Positions 1 to 13,750 of a stretch of DNA of 64,000 bases are shown piece by piece. The stretch covers positions 15,004,001 to 15,068,000 of the forward strand of contig NC_134025.1 of assembly GCF_964204645.1 (NCBI RefSeq), written 5' to 3'. The stretch comes from Tubulanus polymorphus. Taxonomy: Eukaryota > Animalia > Nemertea. Position 1 is the first letter of the stretch, and every line of letters begins with the position of its first letter. A program made the position numbers and the translations under genes. The notes beneath the pieces were generated by a model. The model searched no databases and was not told the origin of the DNA. It saw only the letters and a list, made by a program, of their open reading frames with translations.

Positions 1-1889
1 TCCCATGGATATAGTCCCATAATGCTGTATCGATATAGAACTGATAATCCGATAACAAGTTGTCTGTAACATGCATTTGCCTATATCCATGATTCTAGCT
101 ATGAATATCATAGCCTGTTGTACCTAAGGTCCCAAAATCGTGATGAATTATGGAAAGTTTTGAGGCGCACGAAGGGCTCACCATATCAGTGAATTGACTA
201 TATCGGTTTTACTCGGCAATGAAGTGTTATACCCATCACTATCCTCACAGGTGCGCTTGTCTACTAATACATTCGTAAGTAGTTCATAGATGATGCGCAG
301 TTTACACTGACAGGGAGAGTATCAGTAGCGTGGTCTCTGCTGTGTTTGTCAGTCGCTAGCCCGTATTTTATTTCTTGAAAGCACTGCGAGTGAAGGATTA
401 CTACCACTACCACTAGTAGTAGTGCCTGTCACATGAGCACTTCATTCATTGAAGCATCACATACATATAGAACAAAGTTTCATTGGTTAATGTGTGGGCT
501 ATACCATTATGGAAAATTACATGGACGATAACACTATGCTTTTTAGGGAAGGTAGACCCACGCATTTTATTATTGATAAAGATCGTTTTATTGAAATAAA
601 CTAAGACAAGAACACTACAATGTCTTTGGAGAACAAATAATCAGTTTATTTTCACAATTCATTTTTATCTCGGGCGAAGCCCGAGATGTTGTAATGGGTC
701 CAAAAATCGAATTTTTGCTGACAAATGAGGTTATATCTTTTACACAAAGTCATACAATCTACTATGTTCATGTGCAAAATGTAGCTTGATCATGCGGCTA
801 AAATCTGTTGGAAATGGAATTTTGAATATCGCGTACGTTTAAGAGAAATCGACGAATTTGTGGCGATTTTTCAAGAAATTTCAAGGAGCATTTTGTTTCA
901 TAAAACGTACAACGTTACATTGAAGTAAAATAACTGCTCCCTGCGTTTGGCTGAGCTCCCGCTGTCAATCAATGTAAGGGCATATTCGATTGACGCAGAC
1001 AAACCGGTCTTTTAATCTTCTCATCTATTAATCTGCTCGGTTCTAGTTTCTCATTTCCCAGTCATGGGAGAGTCTTATATGTTTATTTTTAATTTGATAG
1101 CCGTAGTATCGATTCCGTCTCTCCATATCTATTTCATTATGCAAATAACCGAAGATTCAATCGATACGCTACTTCACGGAAGATTATGCGCGCACAATCG
1201 AATAAGCCCAAACCTCGTCTCGCTTCAAGTTTTTAGTTAGCGATATTTTACTTACTATACAACGGCACGCATAATCCTTTCAGTATGATATCCTGACAAT
1301 GTGTTGAACTTGATAAAACCTCACTTTGAACGCTAAAGATCACTATAAATGTAAAAAAAACTACCAAAAATCACAAATTTAGCGATGACGCTCGAAGCAG
1401 CTAACGGATGTAATGACTGGTGCCGGGTGTCATCACTTTGTTGTTGAGTTCAAGACTCTTAAGGTGAATTTATTGCAGGCTACACTGATAAATATGAAAT
1501 AATATTATGAAATAGAATTGATTTTTGAAGGACTACACTTGTAGATTCATAATAAAAATATGAAAAATACCAGGACTCGAACCAGCAATCGAAATTGGAC
1601 CGTCAAGTGCTGCCACCATGTGATACCTGGCAACCAGTCTTTACATCTTCAGCCGTTGCAAAATGTTTTTTGATAATTTTAGGACACTTATAGTGATTTC
1701 TAGCCTTTGCAGTGAGGTTTTATCATATCCAACATAACGGTAGGTTATCATATTTAAAGGATTACGCGTGACGATATATATAGTAAGTAGAATATCGCTG
1801 ATTGAAAACTTGAAGCGAGAGATTTTCATTGCAAATGAACTGGAGCATGGCGGATTTAGGTTCCAACTTCCGGTTCTGACTAGCGCCAT

Positions 1890-3238
1890 CAAATGATTCA
1901 AGAACTTGCCGTATTGCCGCGATGATTGCTGATTAGATTTCAATGATGTTGTTGACCGAAATCAGCAGATTTTACACATCCATGAAGTGTTGAAGGAAAA
2001 CCTTAAAGATGCATCAATCAGATGGCGCCTATACATTACAAAGATAACATTCTGCGCCCGAGATATTAAGATCCGTGGATCTCTTGTTAGAATTTTTCCG
2101 GATTTGGGGAAAACAGGAACATTTTTGTCTGGGGGAAATTGTCCATAATGGTTATAAGAAACCCTGGAAATGCGTGAATTTGTTTTGACTAATAAAACTG
2201 ATATCTCCTCATGCACTCTCTTCAACCATATGGACGTTATGGTCCTCTTGTTGAAGTTTCGAAGACGCTTTGATCAGTTACCTTGATCTTCGATTATATT
2301 TGAATTAGCGGCCATCTTGGTGTCATCAGTACTCATTCGTAGGTGGGAAAAAGTTTTTCCACATTATATTGATACCTAAGCATATTGTGTTATTACAATC
2401 AGTTGGAAAGTTGTAGCCCATAATGTGTTATGATATAGGTGAGTTTCAAGGTCATTGGTTTTTCTATATGGCCACCAGGGGGCGTTGAATAATACAATAA
2501 CTTGAATGATCGGTTGCAAAGTTGTAGTTCATGACATGTTCTATGATTGTGGTGAGTTTCAAGGTCATTGGGTTTTGCATATGTCACCAGGGGGCATTGA
2601 ATAGTAAAGTAACTTAGTATTTCCATATTCAATTGGCAACGAGGCATATTTTGTTATCACAATCAATTGAAAAATCGTAGCTGCTGACATGTTCTATGAT
2701 TGTGGTGGGTTTCGAGGTCATTGGTTTTTGCATATGGTCACCAGGGGTGTTGAATATGGAAATTGTTAGATTGTTGAGCATTTGAAACCATTTCCCAAGT
2801 GGGCATGGTGTTCCTGGACCCTAGTTTGCCCTTCTGGTTGCTCTGACTGTCATTCGCATGGGTGGATCTAGGGTTGTCTTGTATTAGGGGTGAACAGAGG
2901 GTGGGGGATCTGGGGGTCATCTGCCAGAATAGGCTATTTCAAATTCGATGTGCACAATTGTGCAATTTCCTGCATTTTTGAACTAATTTAAGTGTAGATA
3001 GAAATGAGTAGATAATTGCAACACAATTCTCAAGCCGGGGCTCGACAGTATTCTGGAAAATAAGAAATAGACACTCGGAACTTCGAGGCAAAGGGGCCCT
3101 GGTCCCTCGGGTCCCACCATTCCTAGATCCGTTTTTGTATATGGTCACCAGGGGGCGTTAAATATTGAAAAATTGTTAGATTGTTGTGCATTTGAAACCA
3201 CTTCCCAAGTGGGCATGGTGTTCCTGGACCCCTAGTTC
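1890..3238 (+). mobile_element. Helentron/HINE (DINE-1-like) non-autonomous repeat, degenerate internal and 3' part
   Basis: ~80-bp internal tandem units (ATGGTCACCAGGGGGCGTTGAA) and two 3' ends CCCAAGTGGGCATGGTGTTCCTGGACCCCTAGTT (~2795, ~3205); same family as 5914-6822, 8263-9085 and 30030-30515. Confidence 0.6.
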
Positions 3239-4609
3239 TATTTTAATGGGTTTGCATATTGCTATCACACGGATTGATAACTTGCTTGGGGAGTGGATTA
3301 CTTTCGTTAGAACCTTTCTTGGGCTCTGATATTTTCACACATTTAATGCAGTAACAAAATCTAGGTTCCTTTCGTATATTAGCTATAACGGTTGTCATTT
3401 CATTGTTTTATGATTTTGTTTAATCGTTTTTGTTTTTTTCAGCAGCGCATACCAACCTTGGTTGAGCGTGCGGGATCAGGCTTGAAATTGGTATTCATGC
3501 GCGGCATAGTGTTGCCGGAAATTAATTCATTCTTTATTGACACAAAATTTCACCATAAAAAATTTTCTTTTATGTTTTTAAAAAACCCTTTTAATTTTCT
3601 TTTACTTTCATTGGGTGCTTGTGTTAGCAGCCGTTAGTAAAATCTATGAACATTATAAAATGTATGAACATTTATATTTTTCAGTTTAAATATCTAAAAC
3701 TTAAAAACCGCTTTTCTGTAAAATAAATTCTGAATTGAATTGAAGACTGGTTGTCTCTTCAAAGAGCCAGGGGGGCGGTAGTCTATGGTGGCAATAAACT
3801 TTATCGGATGATCGTAGTGGATTGTCATTTGAAGGAAATGTAACTTAATCTTGCTTAATTTCTTTATTATTTTAAAAAGAAAAATCTATTTCCGTGTTCA
3901 CTACTTCTCTTCACCTGAAGTCACTCGAGTTAGTCACGTTTTTCCTTTCAGCTGTTAATTTGTCTATGCAAAATCATTTCCACACAACCCGATAAGTAAT
4001 CTAGCAATTATCAACATGATGATAGATTCCGTAAAAATACACTGCAATATTCAAATAACAACTATCCAAAAGCTTGCACTAACTTGGTCCGCGTCTACAA
4101 TAAAACCATTCCGATTCCCAGTCCCCGTGTTTAACATTTCATGTAACGATTTAAGACAACACCGATCTCTTAGCTCTTTAACAGGTAATCAGTTCAAAGT
4201 TCGATTAATTCTACTACAGAAATAACCACCAAGCAAGCTTTCAGTACAACCACGTCGGCAAGCCCATTTGAGAATTTCTTTCTTGTTATTTTTTGTTTCA
4301 AGGTAATTAATTTCAGTATATGGTCACCAGGGGTGTTGAATATTGAACTAGATTGAGTAAGATCGTTAAGCATTTGAAACCACATCCCAAGTGGGTATGG
4401 TGTCCCTAAACCCATAGTGAGAAATTCGGCTATTACGCGATGATATATACGGTGTACATAATCAATGGATAGATTTATAGATGGACAGCTTTGAGCCAAT
4501 GTTACAATTGCACAGTTCTTGAAATGAACTCCCTCACCTAGTATATTCTTGCCTGAAACTATCTCTGAAAATTCCTTTGAATATGTTGAAACTTTGTTTT
4601 TTAGGTAAG

Positions 4610-5346
4610 ATGGCTACATATTCCGAAATACCAGTACAAGGTATGGTAACATTTAATGTTTTGTCATGGGATATTCAACGTTGGAGCTGTATCTACTGTC
4701 AGTTTGCATCCCCACTCAAATCCTTATTCATCAATCATATACAGAGGCATGTATCGCAGAAATGTTTTCAACGTGATAAACCTACAAGTACACAGGATAG
4801 CAATTATTCTTCAAGAACCACGTCGTCTTCATCCTTTCAGTCATCAATTGTGTTAGACCCCTCACAGCAGGAGTCCCTATTTTTTGATGATTCTGATTCA
4901 CATGCTGATAATGATGATTTGATGCCACTGAAAGAAGGTCTCAATGGCTGTATCCACAAACCAATTTCAACGATTCCCGAAGATGATGAAGTTGTGAATC
5001 CGTCGACAACTGCTGAGATTTCTGAGGAAGAGTGTCTTCCTAAGGTTTTGGGCAAAAGTGATTCGGAAAACATTTCTTGTGAATATTCGGATGGTGTCAA
5101 AAATGCTATTGATGATATACATAATAAGCCTTTCCGATGTGGTATCAGTAAGACACATCCAAATATTTTGACACGGTTATTAAACCAACCAAAACCATTA
5201 ACATTATTGGTTCAGCCATCAGCGTATGAGGTGAATCCAACAAGTCCTTTGGATATGACAAGTGAAGCAACCAAGATATTGACCAAGCAGAATCCGCTTG
5301 ATGAATGTGATGATGTTCGACTGTATCACAGTCCAGAGAGAGACAC
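4610..5346 (+). CDS. Host C2H2 zinc-finger protein, first coding exon
   Basis: ORF with C2H2 finger CIYCQFASPLKSLFINHIQRH and a second degenerate finger; acceptor ttttag at ~4604, ATG 4610, donor GTAAGT at 5347 (phase 2), phase-compatible with the exon at 32365. Confidence 0.7.
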
Positions 5347-5603
5347 GTAAGTGTTGTAATTACGCAAACGCATTTGTAAAAGATATAGGCCCTACATTTA
5401 GAAAGGGAAACAAAGATCGTGTTGACTTGTCCACTCGTTCACTTGTCCATTCCTTTATTTATCCTAAGTAGATCTAATCCCATTATTTAGGGATGTTTTA
5501 TAAACACCTGTTGGGATGATATTTGGGCCATCCATGTATCTTCCATGGAGACATCTGCAGGCCAAAAACTAATCATTTGGAACCAAGATGGCTGTCTGGT
5601 TTA

Positions 5604-5830
5604 TTTAGCCCACTTCGGACTTAAGTCTCAGCCCAGCAGGCTATTGCGTTTAATTTGTGGCTGGCTGGCTGGCTGTCCATCCGTCCATACGTCCGTCTGT
5701 CCGTCCGTCCGCTAACGGAATCCAGTTGTTTAAGTTTTGAAGATGCTTCAAAGGATTGTCTTGATCTTTGGTGTATACTTGTATCTACCCCAGATACACC
5801 TTCTGTCCAAAAACTGGCCCGATCCAGACC
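5604..5830 (+). mobile_element. HINE-like repeat, 5' fragment
   Basis: TTTAGCCCACTT start, subterminal hairpin, (GGCT)n/(GTCC)n microsatellite; diverged copy of the 5914 element start. Confidence 0.55.
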
Positions 5831-5913
5831 TGCTTACCCCTACGAGAATTCCGTATTTGCTACTGATTCTAATAGCTAAATACGGAAGTACGGATGCTCC
5901 ATAAAAACTACGG

Positions 5914-6822
5914 TTTTTTAGCCCACTTGGGACTTTAGTCCCAGCGGGCTATTGCGTTCACTTTTCGTCCGTCGTCCGTCCGTCCGTCCGTCCGTAGACG
6001 GAATCCAGTTATTTTGGGAAGTTTTGAAGACGCTTCAAGGTAATGTCTTGATATTTGGGTTACACATGTATCTACCCTAGACACATCTTCAGCCCAAAAA
6101 CTGGCCCTGTCAGAATCAAGATGGCCGACTGGCAGCCATTGTTGTTCGTCAAAATCAGCACTTTTTACACATTTTTGAACTTTTTGAGGGAAATTTTGAA
6201 GACGCTTTGATCAATTACCTTGATCTTTCGGATATATGTGAATCCCCCCAGGGCCCATCAACATAACAAAAATTGGGTCGGTCGGACTCAAGATGGCCGT
6301 CCTATGACCTTTTTGTGCCCAAAAATGTTAATTTTGGCCCGAATTCTGAGTCCTGTAGCTTCCTACTAGTTTGCCATTTCTCATTACAATTTGTGATGGG
6401 TATTCTTTGGAAAGGGATGTTTTATACCTGAGACAGGTATTTTTCATCAGCCAATTATGACGCAATTGGCGGCCATCTTGGTGTCACCAGTACTCATTCG
6501 TAAGTGGGAAAAAGTTTTTCCACATTATATTGATACCTAAGCGTATTTTGCTACCACAATCAATTAGAAAGTTGTAGCTCATAACGTCTTCTATGATTGT
6601 GGTGAGTTTCAAGGTAATTGGATTTCGTATATGGCCACCAGGGGGCGTTGAATAATGCAATATCTTAGTATTTCTATATTATATTCGTATCAATGCATAT
6701 TTTGTAACCACAATCAATTGCAAAGTTGTAGCTCATGACATCATCTATGATTGTGGCAAGTTTTAAGGCCATTAGTTATTCTATATGGTCACCAGGGGGC
6801 ATTGAAAAGTAGAATAACTTAG
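5914..6822 (+). mobile_element. Helentron/HINE (DINE-1-like) non-autonomous element, 5' end and core
   Basis: Begins in a T-run with TTAGCCCACTTGGGAC..GTCCCAGCGGGCTA hairpin, then (GTCC)n microsatellite and ~80-bp tandem units; GCCCACTTGGG is the inverse of the family's 3' CCCAAGTGGGC. Confidence 0.65.
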
Positions 6823-7360
6823 TTTTTAGGCCAGCCGTAGGCTGAGCCTATTACTATACAAATGGAGCGAATTTAAATGATATGGTTTCCACACAAAAGG
6901 CTCTTTTGCTTGCCAAGTGAGGGCATATTCGAACATATCACGTATTTAAGCGTAATCCATTCTCGGAATCGTAGCGAGCAGAATTTTGAAATAGGGTTTC
7001 ATAAAAATGTTTTCTGCATTTTTCACGAAAATTAAATCGGGAAAATTTCAATTTTTATCAGCCAATCAGGAAGTTGTGTCTTCCCTGTGATTGGTTTATC
7101 TGAAAATATCAGCAGCTGTTCACGTGAATTATCGTGATTTCATTACTGGCGCTTCTGCGCAAGACGTCATGTATCAACACGCGACAATACTTCCGCGTTC
7201 GCTACGTGTTCGGTGATTGGCCCATTTACTGGGAAATTCCACAGAAGCCTAATGTGGTTTGTTACAAGCGCTGTGATTGGCCCGACCCGATTCCGGCACG
7301 GCTTTAGCTTAGTGGGTTCGAATCCCTTGACGGGTGAAGATGATGGATCCTATCAATAAC
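6823..7360 (+). repeat. Dispersed repeat family starting with TTTTAGGCCAGCCGTAGGCTG
   Basis: Direct copy at ~37803-38082 and inverted copy of ~7135-7350 at ~37380-37640; CAGCC-GTA-GGCTG hairpin at start; right boundary uncertain. Confidence 0.6.
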
Positions 7361-8262
7361 TATTGAAACAAATAAGTATCCTGGTTGGGCAGCCACGGAT
7401 ATCTACCGGAAGTGTTCCGGTTCGATATTTCGAGGTTTCTTTGAATTTTGGAGTGATATTGAAATCCGGTAAATACTGGCGGTAGATTGTGAAAACCCAT
7501 TGCATGATATTTGTATTACTTAATCAACGAAAAGCGTCGGGGCCGCGCCAGGAGTTTTCGCGATTTAAGTAATCAATAATAACAAGCAATAGCCTACTTC
7601 TTCGAGTTCGTCCACCTCAATTTTCACTCCACCGATCTCTGACACGGCTCTGTCGCCGTCGGCGCTGTGATTGCACTATTCGTACCACCAAAATTTTTTA
7701 TTTCTATATCAGGGAGGTCTGGAGAATAAAAAAGTCAAAATTTGGATATCGCATAGGCCTGATTTCATCGAATAAGTCGACCATGGTCGTTACGTTTCCG
7801 TACTAACTACCACCTAAAACGGTCTGAACAATTTCGTCACAACCAACATTTCGTTTACAGAAATCAGGTGTTCACTTGAACCCGCGGTATCGTCTACTGT
7901 TTTACTTCCGAGTTTTATTTTAAGATTTGAAATCGTATTTCAAGATCGATTTCTATGAAATCTTTAGTTGATTAGGTGTTTGGGAGGAATTTTTATTTGC
8001 TCTACAGAAAATTCATCCTTGACAATTGCGCAAGGTTCGCGAAAAAAAAGGTTTTACCAAATCGGGTGTATGACCTTGATATGCTAATTAGCCATGTGCT
8101 CGAATTGCAAATTCAATCAAATTTTATTCTGCCAAAAAAATGTTAAATACAATTCGCTTTCCGAGAGTTAATGTTATGCTGCATGGAACAAAGTTGTTTT
8201 GAGATGGGTCTTGAAGCTATTGAGGTCGAGAGATAACCATCTAGATAGTTCGTGAGAGTTCC

Positions 8263-9085
8263 AAAGTTTTGAAGACGCTTCAAGGTAATGTCTTGATATT
8301 TGGTTTATACGTGTATCTACCCTAGACACATCTTCAGGCCAAAAACTGGCCCTGTCAGATTCAAGATGGCCGACTGGCAGCCATTGTTGTTCGCCAAAAT
8401 CAGCACTTTTTACACATTTTAGAAGTTTTCGAGGGAAATTTTGAAGACACTTTTATCAATAACCTTGATCATTCGTATATATTTGTATCCCCCAAGGGCC
8501 CATCGGCATGAGAAAAATTGGGTCGATCGGACTCAAGATGGCCGTCCTGTGACCTTTTTTGTTCCCAAAAATGTTAATTTTGGCCTGAATTCTGAGTCCT
8601 TTAGCTTTCTAATGGTGTGCCATTTTTCATTGCAATTTGTAATGGGTATTCTTTGGAAAAGGATCTTTTATATCCGAGAGGGTATTTTTGACCGGGCAAT
8701 TATGACGCAATTGGCGGCCATCTTGGGGTCATCAGTACTCATTCGTAGGTGGAAAAAAAGTTTAGCCACATCATTTTGATACTTAAGCATATTTTGCTAC
8801 CATAATTAATTGGAAAGTTGTAGCTCATGACATGTTCTATGATTGAGGTGAGTTTCAAGCTCATTGGTTTTTGTTTATGGCCACCAGGGGGTGTTGAACA
8901 ATACAATAACTTAGTATTTCTATATTACATTCGTACCTATGCATATTTTGCTACCACAATCAATTGGAAAGTTGTAGCTCATGACATGGTCTATTATCTT
9001 GGTGAGTTTCAAGCTCATTGGTTTTTGTATATGGCCACCAGGGGCGTTGAACAATACAATAACTTAGTATTTCTATATTACATTC
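8263..9085 (+). mobile_element. HINE-like repeat, internal copy
   Basis: Collinear and highly similar to ~6019-6820, including the tandem units. Confidence 0.65.
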
Positions 9086-10244
9086 GCTCCTGCAGTCTGT
9101 GTTAACACACGATGGTACTATGTAAATGACATTGAGCAGGGAGTGTATATTGATAAATATAACCCACAGATTACATCATTTATAAAAAGCAAATCTGACA
9201 GGCTGGCCATTGTGCCCCTTGGGGCTCTTGTTGATCATTAGTGTATATAGCTGCGTGCACATAGTCTATTGATTAGCGCACAGCAGACTAGCGCACAGCA
9301 GCAATGCTCAGACTGTGCCCGCGTGTTGTATACGTATCCTCAATCAAAACAAACTATTCAATAAATCAATACGGACGGATCCAAAGTGTCAACTGCCCAT
9401 GAATGTATTTTTTTAAATATTCGAATAGAATTAATGATTACTATAGAAAAATATTTCTGCCGAGAAAATAGCTGCTGCTTCAACGATTCGAACCCGCTTT
9501 CTATTGTTCAGTTGCAACTGCCCACAATTCCAAAATTATCTTGGCGGAGGACCCACAAACTCCTGTGATGGCTTCGTGCCCACAGCGCTCGCGAGGAATC
9601 GAATGAGATCGAATTCATTTTTGATTGCTTTGGCAACTACTGTTGAGATCCCTCTGAAATTAAGGTTAACTGGTCATTTCGAGCCAGTGTCGACATCTGG
9701 CCAAAAGGGAGCATTCAAATAATACGTACAGTGGTTTTTCGGGGGGGAAGAGGGGGGTAAACAAATTACAAACTGTCTAGGGTTACAAGAGTATACTTAA
9801 TTGGCTCTATAACACTTTCGTACCCCTCCCAAAATTTCTATTTCTGCATAATATTATTAATCAGGAAGTTCTGGAGAATAAAAATAAATTGATAAAATTC
9901 TGATAATTCAGGGCCGATTGCATTGATTAAATTCCTCCACTAATTACAAACTGAAAACGTCTGAACTGTTAATTCGCAATAAATTTGATTTAATTGATTT
10001 AAATTCTGTTTCTGGGCATATAACTTTCCTTCATCAGAACATCTATCTTTAAATCAATAAACATTTAAAGAGATGGTTTTGTTTAAAAATTAGGTTTTCG
10101 CCAAACTTTAAATGTCATGACATTTCAGTGACGGAAACTTTGATTGACATCCAATATGGCGTCATTCGTCGTAGCGAATCAGCGAATTTACATGCGATTT
10201 AGGGCCCTAAATATCAAAATTTTGACATAGAATATAGTTGCAAA

Positions 10245-10640
10245 GCAGCGAAAACGGGTTTTCTGCACAACCTTGTTCGTATTCTTGTTTTTGTCTGGAT
10301 ACTGTCGACCACGATTGCATGTATGCTGATGCAGACGCACCATGCTATTGAAAATGAAGGGAATTAAGAATCCTGTTCAACAGTCAAAACGGTTTTATTA
10401 AAGGAAGGTCTACATAGTCAATTTGGCCTACTTGAAACCATGGATTACTGGACCAGATGGTTAGTTGACTGGAAAATTGACTTTTAGGTCTTAATAAGTC
10501 TTTATGGATTTTGAAAAAGCATTTGATAAGGTACTACATCAGCGATTACTAAACAAACTATTAGGCACTGGTAATGACCACGGTTCGCTTATATGCCTCA
10601 GCAGATTTCTCTGAATCAAAATAGGTGGCCGAAATCAACG
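10245..10640 (+). pseudogene. CR1-like LINE reverse transcriptase fragment
   Basis: Translates to FMDFEKAFDKVLHQRLL (CR1 DFxKAFDKVPHxRLL motif); decayed. Confidence 0.6.
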
Positions 10641-11454
10641 GAACTGTCTCAATTTGAATATAAGTAAATCTAACTAACTGGAGGTTCGTCTTCTTTTTGC
10701 TGTCCTGATAAATGATTAAATGTACAGGGCAATGATAAAATGTACATGACGGAGTAAATTTCCAAAACGACTTAACCCTCTAACAGGCAAGTATTATTTG
10801 GCATGTAAGTGATTTTGGACCTTGCATTGGGAAAACTGAATAACTCAGTAGATATGAGGGGTAATCCCATATTGTATGTATTTGATGAAAGCTCTTTTCA
10901 TAAGCTTTTGAATGGAACAAAGTTTGCGAACTTTGGGGGTTACCTTCAGGGTTTGACCCCAAGGTCATATATCCCAAGGTCATCCAGATTTTTGGGCCAT
11001 CCATAATCAAGCACTGTCATCAGATTCATCCCAATACGAATTTTCATCAGAATCTATCTTTACTATGTCTAAGATATCAGCCAAACTCACAAGAGAACGT
11101 CATTAGTGCATTGGCCATTACTACGGTCTTCTCCACTTCTGAAATCTGACCCACGTGACTCGTGCTTTGTATACCCCCTAATACATGCCAAATGTATGAT
11201 ATATCACTTTCTTGCTTTGTTAGAGTTTGTACGCCGTCTGGTGTCGCCATCTGCTTACAGGAAAATAAGTTAGAATGCTTCACTGAAATCATTACTTAAC
11301 TATCCTATTCACTATAGCTGGTCTATGGCTATTGCTGGTATATTGTCACTATAGCTCAAGCTTTGTTCTGTACAAGGTCAGAAACATGGAAGAAGGGCTT
11401 CATCTGAAAAGGCATAACCCTTACAAAAAATCACACATGTTATTTTGTAAAAAG

Positions 11455-11575
11455 CATGTGTGATTCACATGTGTAAAAATGGGACATTATTTCAAAGATC
11501 ACATGTGTGATACAGCCCTGTATGTGAATCACACGTGTGATTTTGTCCCAATTTTACACATGTGAATCACACATG
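11455..11575. repeat. Imperfect inverted repeat rich in CACATG/CATGTG (MITE remnant)
   Basis: CATGTGTGATTCACATGTGTAAAAATGGGACA ... TGTCCCAATTTTACACATGTGAATCACACATG. Confidence 0.6.
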
Positions 11576-13399
11576 TTCGAGCTCTACACGACTGTATTCA
11601 CGAAGAAGTATAAATACACATTCATAATGGTCAAAATTTGACCACTTCTTTCTCTGGACATGATGGTTTATCCAAACTTCACAATATCCTAAAAACCCAT
11701 TGCCTGAAAGGAGATCCACATAATGGCAAAACAAAATGTAGTTCCAAAATTATCAACCAAATGTAATAACTCACTTGTGTATATGTTAATGGGAATTCTA
11801 TTTTCAAATATTTACAGATTTACTCAACGATTTATACTGTTGCAGGTTTTGTCCAATCTTCTTTCTAATTTCGGCCGCGGTAACCCAAGATCTATACTTC
11901 AAAACATTGATCTGGAATGAGACAAATTTATAAAACCTTTTAATCTTGCACACAATTCCAAACAATAAACCAATAAATCAATATCCCTAATATCAATCAT
12001 CTGGTCACACCTACCATAACAGGACTCTTGACCTCTTTTTCAGTAATTTGTTCCGGCTGAAAGTATACTTTTCATTTTTCATTTATATAAATCACTACTC
12101 AAGGAAATGTATGTACTCATTCCCTAAATTAATAATGGAAAATTCCATTTTCATTTGTAAGTGATTAATTCATTTGTAGAAAGAATTGGCAAATACTGTT
12201 CAATACCGGCTGATCATTCAGTTCAATGTTAAGGAATCATAAGTATAGTATGCAAACGAGCATCCTTTTTCATGACTGGACAGATTGTGATTTAAAAAGA
12301 GTTCATGGTGTAATATAGGCCTACTTGAAAAATAGATTTTACCGATTACAGTAAATTCAATCATCATCACTATAAATATTTAATGAAACAATTATACAAC
12401 AATTATAAAACAATTATATACTTGCCTTGGAGCTTGAATTCAAACACCAGACTGTTTGAACTAAGAAATTAACCATGAAAATTGACTAAAAATAGCAAAA
12501 ATATCCTCAAAATAATTGCAAATGGCGATGTGCATGCCTGCATGGTCATTCCCAGTCCTTTGCTAGCCGACGCGAACGGTTCGTATCCCATAAATACCTG
12601 GTAATTTTTCGAAGGTTTTTTTGAATATTTATATTTTTTAAAAACTCAATAGCGAATGCAAAATCATAACCTTAATTTATTAATTTAGCCGAATGAAAAA
12701 AAAAACTAGGAATGGACATCCATACTAGGTTTTTGCACAGTAGGCGGGGCATTTAATCTAACCACCTACGTGTTGAAAATGTTGAAATAATGAGTATTAT
12801 GGAAATATTTTTATTCCAAAATGGACTCTATGACTAAAATGCTGATGTTCAGAATTTGGAAAAAATTGTTTTCGTTCAACAAAATTTTTTTGTCTGGACA
12901 AAAAGTGTTTCATTTCATCAATAACAATTTTTTTGTCAGAACGAAGAAATGTTTTTTCAACAAAAAGCATGTTTTTCGATCAAACAATTGTTTTCATTCG
13001 AACGAGATTTTAGAACATTTAAGTTTCTTTTTGTTCGAACAGATATATTGTTTCATCGAAGCATTTTTCATTCCAAAGAGCAAAATTTTGGTGAAACTAA
13101 ATAGTCTTTTCATTATAATGAGTAATCTTTATTCAAAAAAAATAATCTTCTAATTCGAACACAAAAGTATAACCGGAACCTGGGTATTCTTTGTATCTAA
13201 TATCCATATCATGCCTTTAGGTTGAAGCCCATCTTCCATATTTCTGGCCATGTACGGAACACAGCGTGTTAAGGTCGTTTTGGATATTTACTCATTCCGG
13301 TGCATTTTAGATTACTGTGTATGTCATTTATCAGGACATTAAAGAGAAGACTACTTAGGATACTACCTTGCGTGACTACACTAGTTAGACCGACTTATT

Positions 13400-13750
13400 C
13401 CAAGATGAGGCTTTCCATTGATTTCGGCCACATGTTTTCGTCCAGAGATAACTGCTGAGCCATTTGAGCGACCTATCATTGATACCGTTTCCTAATAGCC
13501 TGTTTAGTAATGGTTGATGTTGTACCTTAACAAATGCTTTGTCGAAATCATAAAGAGTAATTATGGCCTAACAGTCGATTATCCAGAGTCAAATAGGACC
13601 ATCTGGTCCAGTTGTCCATGGTTTCAAGTAGGTCTAATTTTCTCTCAAGTAGGTCTAATTTTGTCTCTTTTGTCGACCTTATAAAACTGTGTTAACCATT
13701 GAACAGGATTCTCAGACTGTGCAGAAAACCCATTATCGTTGCTTTGCATC
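13400..13750 (-). pseudogene. CR1-like RT fragment, inverted relative of 10245-10640
   Basis: Minus strand gives YDFDKAFVKVQHQPLLNRLLG; also shares flanking sequence (GGGTTTTCTGCACA) with the + copy. Confidence 0.55.

Noticed and set aside
251-274. Possible 24-nt 5' UTR exon (cag|..|gtaagt)
   Set aside because: Splice-like signals only; cannot be supported without transcripts
2440-3200. Repeated GGTCACCAGGGGGCGTTGAA motif as CRISPR-like array or CTCF site cluster
   Set aside because: Intervening sequences are also homologous; these are tandem units of a dispersed HINE-like repeat, and CTCF similarity alone is not evidence of function
7300-7335. GGTTCGAATCCC B-box suggesting a tRNA (also 17204 GGTTCGAGTTC)
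   Set aside because: No cloverleaf can be built; lies within a dispersed repeat, at most tRNA-derived
12860-13160. Recurrent TTCGAAC/TTCATC motifs in a T-rich tract and 110-aa ORF
   Set aside because: Low-complexity degenerate repeat with no definable unit, boundaries or protein motif
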